Shown here one piece after another: positions 63,499 to 64,000 of a DNA stretch of 64,000 nt. The notes beneath the pieces were generated by a model. That model was not told the origin of the DNA. It did not search any database and saw only the letters and a program-made list of their open reading frames with translations. Position 1 is the first letter of the stretch, and each line of letters begins with the position of its first letter. This DNA comes from Bilabrum cf. latius (taxonomy: Eukaryota), in assembly GCA_965178125.1 (NCBI GenBank), contig OZ237737.1:372001-436000 (forward strand). Reading direction: 5' to 3'. A program made the position numbers and the translations under genes.

Positions 63499-64000
63499 TC
63501 ACGCGACTCGCCGCCGCTTGCCTATGACCGGTTCATTTTCTGTGTTGGCGCTATCCATTGCTGGCTGGTCACGAGTGCAGCCAGCCGCAACGGATGCACT
63601 CCCAGTGGTGGAGCTTGCTTGTCTGCTAGCGTTCTCGTAGCGCCCTTCTTGCCCCGCCCCAGTACCTTGTATTGGTGAGCGAGAATAACCAGCTACACCC
63701 GCCGTGTCACCTTGTGAATGCTCGCTGAAGAACCTCGCTGCCCCGGCCAGCGCCCTCTTTGGCTCACTTGCGACCCTTAGTGGTGCTGTGCGTGCTTCCG
63801 CTGGTGCGGCTGGTGATGCCATGGAGGTCTGCGACCCCCCTGCCCCCAACACCTCGATCAGCGCGCTGCGATAGGTCAGCTGCCCAGGCAACCACGCTTT
63901 ATCTGTTTGCTGTGACTCCGGCCAGCGGCTGCTGCTCGAGCTCATTTCGCGGCTCGAGTCGGCATTACTCGGCTAGCTCTCCGCCCCACCCGCCGCTTGT
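63499..64000 (-). CDS. 3' end of a hypothetical gene entering from beyond the window
   Basis: Frame open from the window edge through one TAG to TGA 63499. Confidence 0.4.

Noticed and set aside
1-64000. tRNA (including a CUA suppressor) or rRNA genes
   Set aside because: No convincing cloverleaf or rRNA motif was seen by eye. tRNAscan-SE would be needed to exclude them.

Overview
Gene-dense, GC-rich eukaryotic (protist) nuclear DNA with short GT-AG introns of about 85-165 nt. The lineage is unknown; a flagellate, possibly a stramenopile, is inferred. The main result is a non-standard nuclear genetic code: TAG is a sense codon, most likely Gln, while TGA and occasionally TAA terminate. The supplied ORF track is chopped at TAG. 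Reading TAG through joins same-frame fragments into complete, recognisable genes. TAG sits at conserved Gln positions in PI-PLC (GD*L, VNG*N, where the tandem paralog has CAA/CAG), retroelement RT (F*F, PT*VIEFLG), NDRG (DLPG*), EML (GVS*LAF) and a GH39-like enzyme (TC*VV), and inside poly-Q tracts. About 25 genes are recovered under this code: a TKL kinase, RDD-like protein, mitochondrial carrier, bacterial-like DUF6605 protein, polyprenyl-PP synthase, NDUFS5, NDRG-like hydrolase, EF-hand+EML, two tandem PI-PLCs (one with a ~530-aa acidic repeat), SPT5, FAM227-like, dynein light chain, RMI1-like, AP2-domain protein, a duplicated myristoylation-motif gene and a frameshifted GH-A/lectin gene. 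There is also an apparently intact 8.3-kb Ngaro-type tyrosine-recombinase retrotransposon with split direct repeats that itself uses about 25 TAG codons. All translations and alignments were done by eye, and family names come from motif recognition, not database searches.
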